From the IMG/VR virus record IMGVR_UViG_3300043436_001089: a stretch of DNA of 64,000 nt. One strand, 5' to 3'. The position numbers and the translations under genes are program-made. Of this stretch, positions 28,154-38,815 are shown piece after piece. The notes below the pieces were generated by a model. The model was not told the DNA's origin. It saw nothing but the letters and a program-made list of their open reading frames with translations, and did not search any database. The DNA is from a virus. Taxonomy: Duplodnaviria; Heunggongvirae; Uroviricota; Caudoviricetes. Every line of letters starts with the position of its first letter. Positions within the stretch are counted from its first letter, which is position 1.

Positions 28154-30667
28154 TTAGTACTGTGTATTGTCGGGTAAAATTGTTTGTCTAGGGAACAGTA
28201 CATAAAAGTCTTTGCTATCCAATGGATTGGGTACTGGGCTAGCACTAGGTAACCCTGTCCAAGCAGGTGGTGTAGTTGACTTGTCGTAATTGTACGTGAT
28301 GCTCTTATCCACCGAGAATCTATCAATTCTAAAGTTAATTTGATTTAGTACGTAGTTTCTACCGATTGGATCTTTCCAATTATTTTGTATATTACTCTGT
28401 ATCGCCGCTGCCTTACCAGGTTTTGTATAGCATATTACCCAGGCTTGAGTGTATCCCAAGGTACTGCCATTAGGTTGCTGACTAGTCATCCATAATGGTA
28501 ACAAGGTACTATCATATTCTTGACCTAATACACTGGCTACTTGATTACGCATGTTAGGTAAACTATTTGGATATAATATTCTAGCATATCCCGGAGTCAG
28601 ACTGGTATAGTATTGTTGTCCTAAAATATCTACGTAACTTGTATAGATATCAGTAAGACTAGTATACCAAGGACCTAATCCTAAATCAATTGGTCTAGGC
28701 CAATAAATTTCTTTTTGTATACTAATGCCTTTTGAATTTACAAGATTATCAACTACTTCACTGTATACTACTTCATAGATTATCTCACCTACATCATTCT
28801 TAGCTACAGCCGTTTTAATTTCACCTAAAGTAATGTTTCTCCAATAATGATTCTTTGAAACAGATGCTATATATTCATCAATGTCACTTGCATATATTCC
28901 GTAAGCATGTTCATAAATTACACTAGACGCTTTACCAAAGTAAACATCACTTGGTCTGTACAAATCGGTAGTAGGAATTAGACTCTCATTTTCTAGTAGA
29001 GTATTGATAATGACTCTATCAGAGATACTGGGTGCTGCCTTAATATATAAAATATCAGTAGGCTGATTGTATTGCTGTAATACAGTTACTGTAAATGTTC
29101 TACTTGACAATACCACTGGGTATAATAATGAGTATGCTTCAATAGTAAAAGTAAATTCAGTAGTATCACCTTGATTCAACACGCTAGTAGTAGGTTGATT
29201 CGCTACATAACCAGTTATCTCACCGTTATCTAATAAAACTAAATTAGGAGGCAATATGCCGTTGGTTACTCTATAAGATAAATCTACATCAGATATTGCT
29301 GATACACTCAATGTACTAATTGTTCCGTTAAAAACAGTTCCTAAATTAGAAGGAGTTACCCAAGTTACCACACCATTAATGTCATTAGTAAGATTGTATG
29401 AGAAATTATAGTATGCGCTGATTAGCGAGGGGTTTGTTGCTTTATATGTTGCTACACTAAAAATAAATTGACTGATACCAGTTGAAGTGAGTGTAGGTGT
29501 TCCAGTAATCCATCCTGTACTACTATCTCCTGTTAATCCTATAGGTAAACCTGAGAATGAGTAGGTGAGATTACTGCCATCAAAATCGTATCCAATAATT
29601 TTAAAAGCAAAGTAATTACCACTTAATATCGTTCCAATGAACGCCGGAGATGCCGGTGGGGTTGTCAGATTGTCACTTTCTGGAGATGGTATTATGTAAT
29701 ATCCATAATATGCATTAGCAGGGTTAATTATAAACGTTTGTGGTCTAGTGTTTAAGATAGACGGAACTCTAGTATTAGGTAGGTTACCGGGTCCACTTTG
29801 ACTTACAGGTGTATTCTGATTTATTACTGTTATAGAGTATGCTGAAGTGTCACCGCCTAAAGGACTTATAAGCTCTAATACAAAAGCATATGTTCTAATC
29901 GTAGGTTGTCCCGCACTTACAGACGGCAATGTTACTAACATATAACCAGTATCGTTGTTCAAATTATAAACGGGGCCGTTTTGAGTAGTACTTACAGTAA
30001 ATGAGGTGGCGTTTATAACACCCTTAACATAATATGTCAATGTAGTAGTCAATCCACCAAAAGTTGTACCTGAAAATAATACAGGTCTACCTACAGTAAA
30101 TCCAACTGTACTAAGGCAAGCAATACTATTAGAAGTATCTGTAGTTGTAGCACTGGTAGTAACCGTCGGTAAAGTAACTCCGTTTATAGGTGGTTCAGGA
30201 TATCCTCGAATTATTCCACTTTCATTTATTTCTAAACCAGGTGGTAATAATCCTTCTTTTAATTCTACCCGTGTTACGTTGCTATTATCGGGATTGCTGT
30301 ATTGAATAGGGATTTCTATCCAAATACTGTCTTGTGTGCTAACTAATAGACCTTCTGGTGTAGTGAACTGCGGTATCGCTACCCCTGAAATTCTTATAGA
30401 AAATGTTCTGTCTCTTAGATTGTTTAAGTTATCAGTTGCTCGAACCGTAAAAATACTAGTAGTATCTACTACTACTAAGCTCGGTAGTCCAGTGATAATT
30501 CCATCACCATCCATAGACAACCCGGGTGGAAGATTACCGCTTATAAGAGTATACGTAATTGTTGTTCCCGGTAAGACCGCAGAGGCAGACAGATCATATA
30601 CCATTTCGACTAACGCAGGAAATGAGCCTATTGTCCCGGCTGCCGTATTCCAAACTGGTTGTGCCAT
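28154..30667 (-). CDS. Baseplate protein with putative Ig-like repeats
   Basis: Repeated LPPGL...G.I.G.P Ig-type motifs. Confidence 0.65.
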   Translation of the reverse strand: MAQPVWNTAAGTIGSFPALVEMVYDLSASAVLPGTTITYTLISGNLPPGLSMDGDGIITGLPSLVVVDTTSIFTVRATDNLNNLRDRTFSIRISGVAIPQFTTPEGLLVSTQDSIWIEIPIQYSNPDNSNVTRVELKEGLLPPGLEINESGIIRGYPEPPINGVTLPTVTTSATTTDTSNSIACLSTVGFTVGRPVLFSGTTFGGLTTTLTYYVKGVINATSFTVSTTQNGPVYNLNNDTGYMLVTLPSVSAGQPTIRTYAFVLELISPLGGDTSAYSITVINQNTPVSQSGPGNLPNTRVPSILNTRPQTFIINPANAYYGYYIIPSPESDNLTTPPASPAFIGTILSGNYFAFKIIGYDFDGSNLTYSFSGLPIGLTGDSSTGWITGTPTLTSTGISQFIFSVATYKATNPSLISAYYNFSYNLTNDINGVVTWVTPSNLGTVFNGTISTLSVSAISDVDLSYRVTNGILPPNLVLLDNGEITGYVANQPTTSVLNQGDTTEFTFTIEAYSLLYPVVLSSRTFTVTVLQQYNQPTDILYIKAAPSISDRVIINTLLENESLIPTTDLYRPSDVYFGKASSVIYEHAYGIYASDIDEYIASVSKNHYWRNITLGEIKTAVAKNDVGEIIYEVVYSEVVDNLVNSKGISIQKEIYWPRPIDLGLGPWYTSLTDIYTSYVDILGQQYYTSLTPGYARILYPNSLPNMRNQVASVLGQEYDSTLLPLWMTSQQPNGSTLGYTQAWVICYTKPGKAAAIQSNIQNNWKDPIGRNYVLNQINFRIDRFSVDKSITYNYDKSTTPPAWTGLPSASPVPNPLDSKDFYVLFPRQTILPDNTQY

Positions 30668-30668
30668 A

Positions 30669-31292
30669 TTAGTGTGCGCCCAAGTGTTCTAGTGCTAAAT
30701 GATAATGATGTTGTCTGTCGGCTAAACCAATTGTTCCACCATTAATGCGTTTTGTTAATGTGACGAAATCATCCTTATCACAAAATTGATTTAGTTTGTT
30801 GTTGTCCCAGAACCAACCAGCACTAGCAACAGCACCATTAGGTGTCTCTAGATAAGCAACAGTGTCTTCTATAGACATATCTAATGCCTCTGCAAAACGA
30901 GTATAATTATCTCGACCAGTCAATTGAATTAATCCACGACCTCTGAATCTAAAGCCATCACCTGAGTTTTCATCACCGTTCTTCATACGATTAGCGTAAA
31001 CACGATTGGCAATCTTTTGTGGTTGACGTTCATATTGTTTTGCTAATTCTTCTGAGGGGAAATACTTTTTAAAAGTACCCATCAATCCTTTAGCACTGTA
31101 GTTTAAATTTTCAACAACAGCATTGAATCCACCGCTTTCGTGTGCTATTTGTGCTAAGAAGCCTGCAACTCTGCGTGGGTTCTCAAACATCTCGTAGTAT
31201 TCTGCTACTGTGTTTAGTGGCTCAACAAAACTCTCTAATATAGAGCGTTTTGTCTTTGGACACATTGCTGTTAATAATTCTATAGTTACCAT
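30669..31292 (-). CDS. GH19 chitinase-like lysin
   Basis: FLAQIAHESGGF, ENLNYS, FRGRGLIQLTGRDNY, INGG..GL.DR. Confidence 0.92.
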   Translation of the reverse strand: MVTIELLTAMCPKTKRSILESFVEPLNTVAEYYEMFENPRRVAGFLAQIAHESGGFNAVVENLNYSAKGLMGTFKKYFPSEELAKQYERQPQKIANRVYANRMKNGDENSGDGFRFRGRGLIQLTGRDNYTRFAEALDMSIEDTVAYLETPNGAVASAGWFWDNNKLNQFCDKDDFVTLTKRINGGTIGLADRQHHYHLALEHLGAH

Positions 31293-31301
31293 GTTTTACC
31301 T

Positions 31302-34300
31302 TTATGCGTATGTGGCGCCCACTGTATACCACTGTGTTGATGACGGGGCTATAAATTGAATCGTTGTTGTACTTTGTGAGAAACTTAAGTTTGTACCTAA
31401 ACTGTTTATCTGTGCACCTGATGCCGGGAATACTAACATTGCATTTGCAGTAGTGTTAGTAACATTTACTACCATACCTGCTACTGCGGTTGGCAATACA
31501 ACAGCGTTTGCGCCTGATGCTACAGTAGATACGATGTTAATTTCTTTTGACAATACTGTACCTGCACCTTGTGTTGTGCCTGCTGCCGTAATACCTGTGC
31601 CAACTGAACGTATATGATATGCTGTTGCGATTACATTAGCACCTTGTACGTTGCCAGTAGAAGTCATACTTGTCAATGTACCTGTACTTGTAATATTTGG
31701 TTGAGCCGCAGTTGTTACTGTGCCTGCTGTAGTAGCACTCGTAGCCGCACCTGACAACGAACCAGTGAATGTTGTAGCACTTACATTACCTGCACTTATG
31801 TTACCTGTAACTGCTAAACTTGTTAGTGTACCTGTACTTGTAATGTTTGGTTGTGCATTTGTTGTTAATGTTCCTGTTATAGCAGTGAATACCCCGTTAT
31901 TAGCACCGATATTAGCCACATTAGCATTACCGGAAGCATTTAGTGTGCCTGTAATATTTGCACCATTAGACGTAACAACCATGACGTTACTTGTGCCATT
32001 GACTGACATAGTTACGTTTGCGTTACTAGAAGGAATACTTACATTACTTGTACCATTAAGAATTAAAGGATGTCCGTGACTCGCAACACCCGTTAAAGTA
32101 GTACCATTACCATAGAAGTAAGACCCGATAACATTTCCACTAGCATTAACTTGGCCACTTGCATTCAAGTTACCACTTGCAATGTTGGCTGTAACTCCCA
32201 ACGATGTTAATGTACCAACACTTGTAATATTAGGTTGTGCATTTGTTGTCACGGTACCGGCAGTGGTTGCGCTAGTTGAGGTACCTGCACTAGTTGCATA
32301 TGTCGCATTAGCTACAGTACCGGTGACATTACTTCCTGTCAACGTTGTTAAGTTAGCACCGTTACCTGCAAATACACCGGTTGCAGTAATATTACCTGCA
32401 TTGACGTTGCCGGCTCCACTAACAATTAAACCAGCAGAACTAACTGTTAAACCAGCAAGTGTACCTACACTTGTAATGTTTGGTTGTGCGGCTGTTGTTA
32501 ATGTTCCTGCAAAGTAATTTGAAGTCGTTAGATTACCTAAGTTAGCATTGTTAGTTTGAATGTTACCAGTGACTGTCATCAAGTTAGTAGCGTCATTAAA
32601 AGTTAGATTTGCGCTACCTTGATATGTAGACCCGTCTTTATATTGAATAGAAGTATTAGAGCCACCGGGTGGGGTAGTAACTACTGCACCCCATGTTAAA
32701 GTTCCTGTACCATCGGTGGTCAACACCGATAAGTTTGTTCCTCCAGTTATACTAACATTACTTACTGGACCTAATGAAGTGACACCGCTTACAGTCAGAC
32801 CTGTGAGCGTACCAACACTTGTGATGTTAGGTTGCGCGGCGATTAATACTGTGTTTGCTGTATTAGCTCTACCGTAGAAGTTACCAGTAAAATAGTTTGC
32901 AGTGACTGAGTTACCTAAATTGGCATTATTAGTTTGTATATTACCTGCAAGTGTTAGTTGATTAGTTACTTTATCAAAAGTATAGTTTGCGCTACCGTTC
33001 AATACATCACCGTCATTAAACTGTACATATGTATTTGTGCCGCCTGCAGCCGCAGTGTCTACACCCCATGACAAATTGCCGGCTCCATCAGTTTTAATAG
33101 TATAACCAGAAGAGCCACCTGTGATATGCAAGTTAGCTAAATTACCTAATGTTACATTACTTGCTGATGAGGTGTCGATTATACCTCCTGCAGTCAACCC
33201 TGTTAATGAGCCAACACTTGTAATGTTGGGTTGTGCATTAGTTGTTACTGTGGCTGCTGAACCAGTTACATTACCTGTTAATGCACCAGTGAATGTAGTT
33301 GCACTTACATTACCAGCACTTATGTTACCAGTAACTGCTAACGATGTTAATGTACCTGTACTTGTAATGTTGGGTTGTGCATTAGTTGTTACTGTGGCTG
33401 CTGAACCAGTTACATTACCTGTTAATGCACCAGTGAATGTAGTTGCACTTACATTACCAGCACTAATATTACCACTAACTGTTAATGAAATTAATGTACC
33501 AACACTTGTAATGTAAGGTTGTGTAGGGTTAGTCGCCTCGTTTGACGTGATGGCGTAGACCGCATAATATGCCGACTGAGCATCAGTTGCATATGTGGCG
33601 TTGGCCACTGCGCCAGAAACATTAGCCCCGGCTACGGCATTAGCAGTAGTTGCGAATGCAACTGCACCTGTTACGTTAGCACCAGTAATAGAAGTTAATG
33701 CTGAACCGTTACCTGAAACATTTGTAAATACACCATTCGTTGCGCCAATATTGCCCACGTTTGCGTTACCGGTGACGCTCAATGCTCCACCAGTTACTAG
33801 ATTTCCACCAGTAACATTTCCGGTTGCTACTATTAACCCACTAGTACCCAAATTACCAACATTGGCGTTACCAGTGACAGAGAATGTTCCAGTTGTTATT
33901 AAGTTTCCGCCTGTGATATTTCCGCTAGCAACGACTTGACCGGCAGTTGTGATATTACTACCCGATACATTACCCGTTGCAACTACTTGTCCACCTGTAA
34001 TTAAGTTGCCACCTGTAACATTACCCACAGCAGTTGCATATCCTGACAAGTTGATATTAGATACATTAGAGATATTCGCCGGCAAATCAAGCCACAATGT
34101 CTGTGAACTAGATGTAATACTCGTATCTTGTGCTCCGTTGCTATCACGACCGATACTTAATGTACTAGTGTGTACTTGCACACATGCGATGTTTGCAGTA
34201 ACAATAACGTTACCTGTCGGAGCACTTACTGTTATGCCAGCACCGGGTGTTCTGTTGACAGAAGCAACAGATGCACCTTCAACCCCAGCATACACTTCAG

Positions 34301-34394
34301 TAAAGTTCTCTTGAACTTTCTGGAAAGCTGTTCTTATTGCATCAGCACTTGGATCATCGGGGAACGTACCGAAATCTATATTTCTTTGAGCCAT
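31302..34394 (-). CDS. Long tail fibre-like protein with QPNITS repeats
   Basis: Eight (T/A)QP(N/Y)ITS(V/T)G repeats; Gly/Asn/Thr-rich. Confidence 0.7.
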   Translation of the reverse strand: MAQRNIDFGTFPDDPSADAIRTAFQKVQENFTEVYAGVEGASVASVNRTPGAGITVSAPTGNVIVTANIACVQVHTSTLSIGRDSNGAQDTSITSSSQTLWLDLPANISNVSNINLSGYATAVGNVTGGNLITGGQVVATGNVSGSNITTAGQVVASGNITGGNLITTGTFSVTGNANVGNLGTSGLIVATGNVTGGNLVTGGALSVTGNANVGNIGATNGVFTNVSGNGSALTSITGANVTGAVAFATTANAVAGANVSGAVANATYATDAQSAYYAVYAITSNEATNPTQPYITSVGTLISLTVSGNISAGNVSATTFTGALTGNVTGSAATVTTNAQPNITSTGTLTSLAVTGNISAGNVSATTFTGALTGNVTGSAATVTTNAQPNITSVGSLTGLTAGGIIDTSSASNVTLGNLANLHITGGSSGYTIKTDGAGNLSWGVDTAAAGGTNTYVQFNDGDVLNGSANYTFDKVTNQLTLAGNIQTNNANLGNSVTANYFTGNFYGRANTANTVLIAAQPNITSVGTLTGLTVSGVTSLGPVSNVSITGGTNLSVLTTDGTGTLTWGAVVTTPPGGSNTSIQYKDGSTYQGSANLTFNDATNLMTVTGNIQTNNANLGNLTTSNYFAGTLTTAAQPNITSVGTLAGLTVSSAGLIVSGAGNVNAGNITATGVFAGNGANLTTLTGSNVTGTVANATYATSAGTSTSATTAGTVTTNAQPNITSVGTLTSLGVTANIASGNLNASGQVNASGNVIGSYFYGNGTTLTGVASHGHPLILNGTSNVSIPSSNANVTMSVNGTSNVMVVTSNGANITGTLNASGNANVANIGANNGVFTAITGTLTTNAQPNITSTGTLTSLAVTGNISAGNVSATTFTGSLSGAATSATTAGTVTTAAQPNITSTGTLTSMTSTGNVQGANVIATAYHIRSVGTGITAAGTTQGAGTVLSKEINIVSTVASGANAVVLPTAVAGMVVNVTNTTANAMLVFPASGAQINSLGTNLSFSQSTTTIQFIAPSSTQWYTVGATYA
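33216..33464. repeat. 105-nt direct repeat, period 144 nt
   Basis: 33216-33320 appears identical to 33360-33464. Confidence 0.85.
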
Positions 34395-34445
34395 TTCTAT
34401 ATCACCTTATCAAGTATTTATCGTTTTCGGATAAACGAGAACCCA

Positions 34446-34476
34446 AAAAAATACCCGACTAGAGCCGGGTATTTTG
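34446..34476 (-). terminator. Rho-independent terminator
   Basis: AAAATACCCG / CGGGTATTTT stem with T-run on minus strand. Confidence 0.8.
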
Positions 34477-34489
34477 TGTGATTATACTA

Positions 34490-36841
34490 TCACTTGATTC
34501 CTGCTAATGATTTCCAATCATGTAACAAATTAGTAGATTCTTGCATAGGATTACCTAATCTACTTGCTTGGGTTGCTACTACAGGAACTGTAGTTTGACC
34601 TGTAGATTTCTGCTTGTTTAGACCACCAGAGATAACTTTAGTCATGAAGTTGATATCAGTTTCAAATTTGTCATCATCACCGTTAGCGTATGATTCTTGA
34701 ACTGCATCTTCTTCACCTTCTTCTTTGTCTTGACCTGCATCGACCGTAGCTAATGCTTGGTCTTCTGCGGCTTCTGCATTTTCATCTGCGGTGGTTTCGG
34801 CTGCACCTGAATCAGGAGCGTTATCTTCAGAAACTTCAAATTCTTGTTGATCTTCTGACTCAACTTCATCTACCATTTCTTTGTCGCCTTCAGGAGCACA
34901 GTTGCCCTCATGAACACCGCCGCATGATTCACATGTTGCTTCATCATCTTCATGATCGTGACCTTCACTGTCATGCTCGTCGGAACTTTGTTCATCTTCA
35001 TAATCACCGTTATCATCACTACCTTCTTCGCCGCCAATAGCAACTACATTAGGTTGACCTGCGCCGCCTGTGACTTTTCTGATTAGATCCATCATACCTT
35101 CATGGTCATCTACAACATCAATATCAGCTTCACCTTCTTGACCATCAACATCAACTGTCATTGGATCCGGTGCAGTTTGTTGACCGTTCATCCCACGAGC
35201 TTCATCACCACCAAATAGACCTAAGCCTGCTTGTTTGATAGCAGCCAATAATTGGTCAGCTTCACCGTCTTGTGCAGATACTGTAACTGAATCAGGTTGA
35301 TTCTGATTACCTTTACTGATAGAAACAGTCATACCTTCTTGAATTTCTGTATATTCATTCAATAAGTTACTTAACTCGTTGTCCCATGACTCAAACATGC
35401 TACCTGTTTCTTCAATTGAAGAACGGTCTGTGAATGTGCGGCCGCCGATACTAAACTTGCCACCGGTTGGTGTGCGATTTAGTGCGTTAGTAAATGCATT
35501 TCCTTCGTCCATCTCATGATCTGCTTGACTAGCCATACCAGGAACTGTTGCTGGCATTTCAGTCTCTAATACACTGCCCATGCCATAGCATTCGTCTAAG
35601 CCTTCTTTGTATCCTTCGTGATACATACGAGCTTCTTCCATATCTTCGTAGTTCTTACCACAATGTGAATGACCTTTTAGACCATGAGACTTACCTGCTA
35701 ATCTAGCAGACTGTAAGTTTTGTGACAAGCCTTCTTTGACTTTAGTTTTCTTTTTCTTTGCATCCTGAGCAGCCTGTGCCATAGATTCTTTTTTATTCTT
35801 ATCTTTATCTAAATCTAAGAAGTCAGGCTTTTTACCTTCAAATTGTTGACTGCGACCTGCACCTAAACCAGCACCCATGTCGCCGTCATGTGATGGCATG
35901 TCACCTTCTTTTAGACCACGTAACTTAGCAAGAATAGCTCCCGCAATACGCTTACCTTTTTCACCACCGCCAGAACTCTTAGCAATCTTAGCAAAGTTCT
36001 TACCTGGCTTACCAATATCTTGGCCAGCGGCTGCTTTCTTAGCAGAATAGCTTGCTTCTCCGGCCTCATCGACTGACTCACCATATCTACCTTTGTGACT
36101 GCTGATTCGGTCGTATTCTTGGCCTCGGTCGTATTCTTGAGGGTTCTTAAGTCCAGTCTTATCTCCGTTTGGTCTACTGAATCCAGACAGTTGTGATGCC
36201 AAACTTGGTGGTTCACGGCTAGCCAATCGTTTCTGGATTCTTGCGTCTTCGGCGTCACGAGCAGTTTTACCGGATACTCGATCTACCACCTTATTCACTG
36301 CGCCGCCAACTTTACGAGCCATATCGCCAAGACCTTCTTCCATTTCTTGACCGTCTGGGTTCAATGACATTTCACCTTTACCAATAGATTGTTTAATCTG
36401 TTGTGCAAGTTGTGGGTTGTTAACTGTACCTAGAGTCTTGTTGCCTTGTTGAATAACTTGAGTCTTTGTTTGTGACGCTGGTTTGATTTCAATCTGTTCA
36501 GCTTCAGCTAACATATTTTGGTCAATTGTTTCTATCCAATCTTTAAGACTATGCTTAGTAGTCTTCTTTTTATCATGTGCAGGTAACTTAACATCTTTGC
36601 CATGTTTTACACCAAATGCACTGAAGTCATACTTCTTAACTTCTCCTGAGGCGTCAGCATCTTTCTTTGGACGACCACGACCCTTTTTAGGGGCATCAGA
36701 TTTAACTTTCTTGCCTTCTTCGTCTTCGTCATCTTTACGACCATACCCACCTGGTTCAGCAGTGTGCTTGACACCAGTTTTAGTCTTTTCTGTAGCCTCG
36801 CTCAACTGGCTCATTTTTGCTAGCATGTCTTTTAAATTCAT
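34490..36841 (-). CDS. Acidic, low-complexity putative prohead core/internal protein
   Basis: Many x-x-E sites; D/E-rich; no enzyme motif. Confidence 0.45.
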   Translation of the reverse strand: MNLKDMLAKMSQLSEATEKTKTGVKHTAEPGGYGRKDDEDEEGKKVKSDAPKKGRGRPKKDADASGEVKKYDFSAFGVKHGKDVKLPAHDKKKTTKHSLKDWIETIDQNMLAEAEQIEIKPASQTKTQVIQQGNKTLGTVNNPQLAQQIKQSIGKGEMSLNPDGQEMEEGLGDMARKVGGAVNKVVDRVSGKTARDAEDARIQKRLASREPPSLASQLSGFSRPNGDKTGLKNPQEYDRGQEYDRISSHKGRYGESVDEAGEASYSAKKAAAGQDIGKPGKNFAKIAKSSGGGEKGKRIAGAILAKLRGLKEGDMPSHDGDMGAGLGAGRSQQFEGKKPDFLDLDKDKNKKESMAQAAQDAKKKKTKVKEGLSQNLQSARLAGKSHGLKGHSHCGKNYEDMEEARMYHEGYKEGLDECYGMGSVLETEMPATVPGMASQADHEMDEGNAFTNALNRTPTGGKFSIGGRTFTDRSSIEETGSMFESWDNELSNLLNEYTEIQEGMTVSISKGNQNQPDSVTVSAQDGEADQLLAAIKQAGLGLFGGDEARGMNGQQTAPDPMTVDVDGQEGEADIDVVDDHEGMMDLIRKVTGGAGQPNVVAIGGEEGSDDNGDYEDEQSSDEHDSEGHDHEDDEATCESCGGVHEGNCAPEGDKEMVDEVESEDQQEFEVSEDNAPDSGAAETTADENAEAAEDQALATVDAGQDKEEGEEDAVQESYANGDDDKFETDINFMTKVISGGLNKQKSTGQTTVPVVATQASRLGNPMQESTNLLHDWKSLAGIK

Positions 36842-36859
36842 TTCAATTGTTCCTTTGAA

Positions 36860-37483
36860 TTATTTTCTTGCGCCAGTTGCTGGCATCGGTGGTCGTGTGA
36901 TTTTACTCATAGGACTTTGTTGTCCTAACTTAGCATCATCCAAGTATGGCTTGAACGGATCAAACGAATCCTTTGTCTTATCACCTGCGTAAGGGATATC
37001 AATTTGTGAACCCTTAGCTTGAGTTTGTATACTAGGTAGATATGATTGACTGTAAGCTTTATTAGCTTCTTTGGCACCCGGTTGTTCTTCCATTTCTTCA
37101 TGTGTAAGAACAGGTGAATGTTGCATTTCATTTGCATATCCGTCAGCTTCATTGTTAATACTATCATTGAAATCACTAGTGATTACTCTGACCATATTAA
37201 CATTGTAACCTAATAATTGTGCAATCTGCTGAATCATTGGTTCTGTTGCTGGATATCTAAAGTCAGCTTTGATGATAGTGATAGGCTGGTTTGCTAAATT
37301 AGGAAATCCGTAAGGATCTTTTTGTATAGGTGTAGTGACTGGGTCGCTAATTTTAATTGGATCAAACTTATTAAGATTGTATTTAAACATATCTATAAAG
37401 TTCTTATCCACTTCACCTGCAATCTTGATAGTGTAATTGTATGATTTTACACTTTCGGTTATGTAATGTTTAAGGCTTTTCAT
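36860..37483 (-). CDS. Hypothetical virion protein
   Basis: Starts MKSLKHYITE (T4 CTS-like); late box upstream. Confidence 0.5.
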   Translation of the reverse strand: MKSLKHYITESVKSYNYTIKIAGEVDKNFIDMFKYNLNKFDPIKISDPVTTPIQKDPYGFPNLANQPITIIKADFRYPATEPMIQQIAQLLGYNVNMVRVITSDFNDSINNEADGYANEMQHSPVLTHEEMEEQPGAKEANKAYSQSYLPSIQTQAKGSQIDIPYAGDKTKDSFDPFKPYLDDAKLGQQSPMSKITRPPMPATGARK

Positions 37484-37508
37484 TTCTTATTCCTGTATTC
37501 AGTATTTA

Positions 37509-37991
37509 TCATTTCTCAACAGTTTTGGGGTTAAGCATCTTGAGCAGTTCATTTCTGTCTAATGCTTTACCTTCACCGATAGGAGTTGATTCTACTTCTT
37601 CACTCTTTTCAGCAGTCTTTTGATCCAACTGTGCTTTTTTAAGCTGTAAATCAATCATTTTGAGTTTTTTGTTTATCTTTGCTGTCTTAGCTGTAATAGC
37701 ATGTCCAAGCATACTGCTTGCCGCATTGAAAATTTCACTAGCAAAACGACTATCAACTTGCATACCAAGGTCTACTAAGTCTTTGTAACTACTTGTGGCC
37801 ATGGCAGCTAGTTCATCCATTTCACTATCAGCGGCATCTAATCCTCTGACTTGTGGTAGTGCGTTCTCTATCTTTTCTAAATTATTGAGTGCTTCAGTTG
37901 TTACTTCGTGAGCATGTTCAGGGATAGGTCTTGATAACTCGTCTATCGTATCCTGAGGTAATTCAAAAAGTTCTTGTAATTTTTTGGTCAT
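37509..37991 (-). CDS. Hypothetical, possibly terminase small subunit-like
   Basis: Helical DSRFASEIFNAASSML segment loosely like the gp16 PRxxEV motif; next to gp4. Confidence 0.3.
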   Translation of the reverse strand: MTKKLQELFELPQDTIDELSRPIPEHAHEVTTEALNNLEKIENALPQVRGLDAADSEMDELAAMATSSYKDLVDLGMQVDSRFASEIFNAASSMLGHAITAKTAKINKKLKMIDLQLKKAQLDQKTAEKSEEVESTPIGEGKALDRNELLKMLNPKTVEK

Positions 37992-38002
37992 ACAGTATTT
38001 AT

Positions 38003-38440
38003 TTACCTGTTTCTACCGTTGTAGAAAAGGTCATCTTCTGTAATGACTCTAAATGTATAGCCGTGCTGTTTGCAGTAACCCATTGCGGCTTGCCATTTAG
38101 CATGGTTAATTGCTACAATCATTCTATCCTTAGCATTAGCCACTTTGCTTTCAATAATGCTTTGTTTTTTTGGTTTTATCTCTACTACTTCTGCTATTTG
38201 CTTACCAAACTTATTTTGATAAACTACAAAGAAATCTGGAATGTAGTTTGTTGCTTTTCCTGTAAAAGGGTGACGATAAGGAACGATCAATGATTCACTA
38301 GCCCAATACAATACGTGATTGTTAGAATCACAGAACGTCATAAATGTCAACTCCCAACCACTACGATATCTAGGTTTGTTTTTACCTACATATTTTTGAG
38401 TGTTTTTGGGAGTGAATATACCTTGAGCAAATCGTGACAT
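38003..38440 (-). CDS. gp4: Head completion nuclease (T4 gp4, TnsA-like)
   Basis: YRSGWE, WASE, YIPDF, VEIKP, N.AKW.AA motifs. Confidence 0.9.
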   Translation of the reverse strand: MSRFAQGIFTPKNTQKYVGKNKPRYRSGWELTFMTFCDSNNHVLYWASESLIVPYRHPFTGKATNYIPDFFVVYQNKFGKQIAEVVEIKPKKQSIIESKVANAKDRMIVAINHAKWQAAMGYCKQHGYTFRVITEDDLFYNGRNR

Positions 38441-38441
38441 G

Positions 38442-38804
38442 TTACAGTACTACGTTACGTGCAACCGGGATATTAGGTTGTGGTACAATACTGATACCGT
38501 ACAATGATGTTTTAGATTTGAAACTATTCAAGTAATAAGCAATGACTTGATTCATTTCTAACTTGTTGTTACTACCTTTAATAGCACCTAATAAATCTAG
38601 TGTGGGAATACCGGTCTCTTGAGAAATTCTGAAAAGTATTGAAGTGAAGTTACCGGCAATATTCTTAGTGTCACACACTGATAAGAAATATCCTTGTACA
38701 ATATCATATTCACTTGCGTTTACTGTTAAGTCAAATGAATAAAAAGAATCAAAAATTCTAACTGTTTGATCTAATGATGAGTGCGTGTCTATTATAGTTG
38801 CCAT
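38442..38804 (-). CDS. Hypothetical protein
   Basis: Operonic ORF. Confidence 0.55.
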   Translation of the reverse strand: MATIIDTHSSLDQTVRIFDSFYSFDLTVNASEYDIVQGYFLSVCDTKNIAGNFTSILFRISQETGIPTLDLLGAIKGSNNKLEMNQVIAYYLNSFKSKTSLYGISIVPQPNIPVARNVVL

Positions 38805-38815
38805 AATTAATCCTA

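Noticed and set aside
33216-33464. Direct repeat as a DGR template/variable pair
   Set aside because: Copies look identical with no adenine-specific mismatches, lie in tandem in one ORF, and there is no reverse transcriptase in the window
25536-34481. Many plus-strand ORFs (e.g. 25842-26201, 31720-32079, 33121-33516)
   Set aside because: Antisense shadows of Thr/Asn/Gly/Ala-rich fibre genes, with no independent signals
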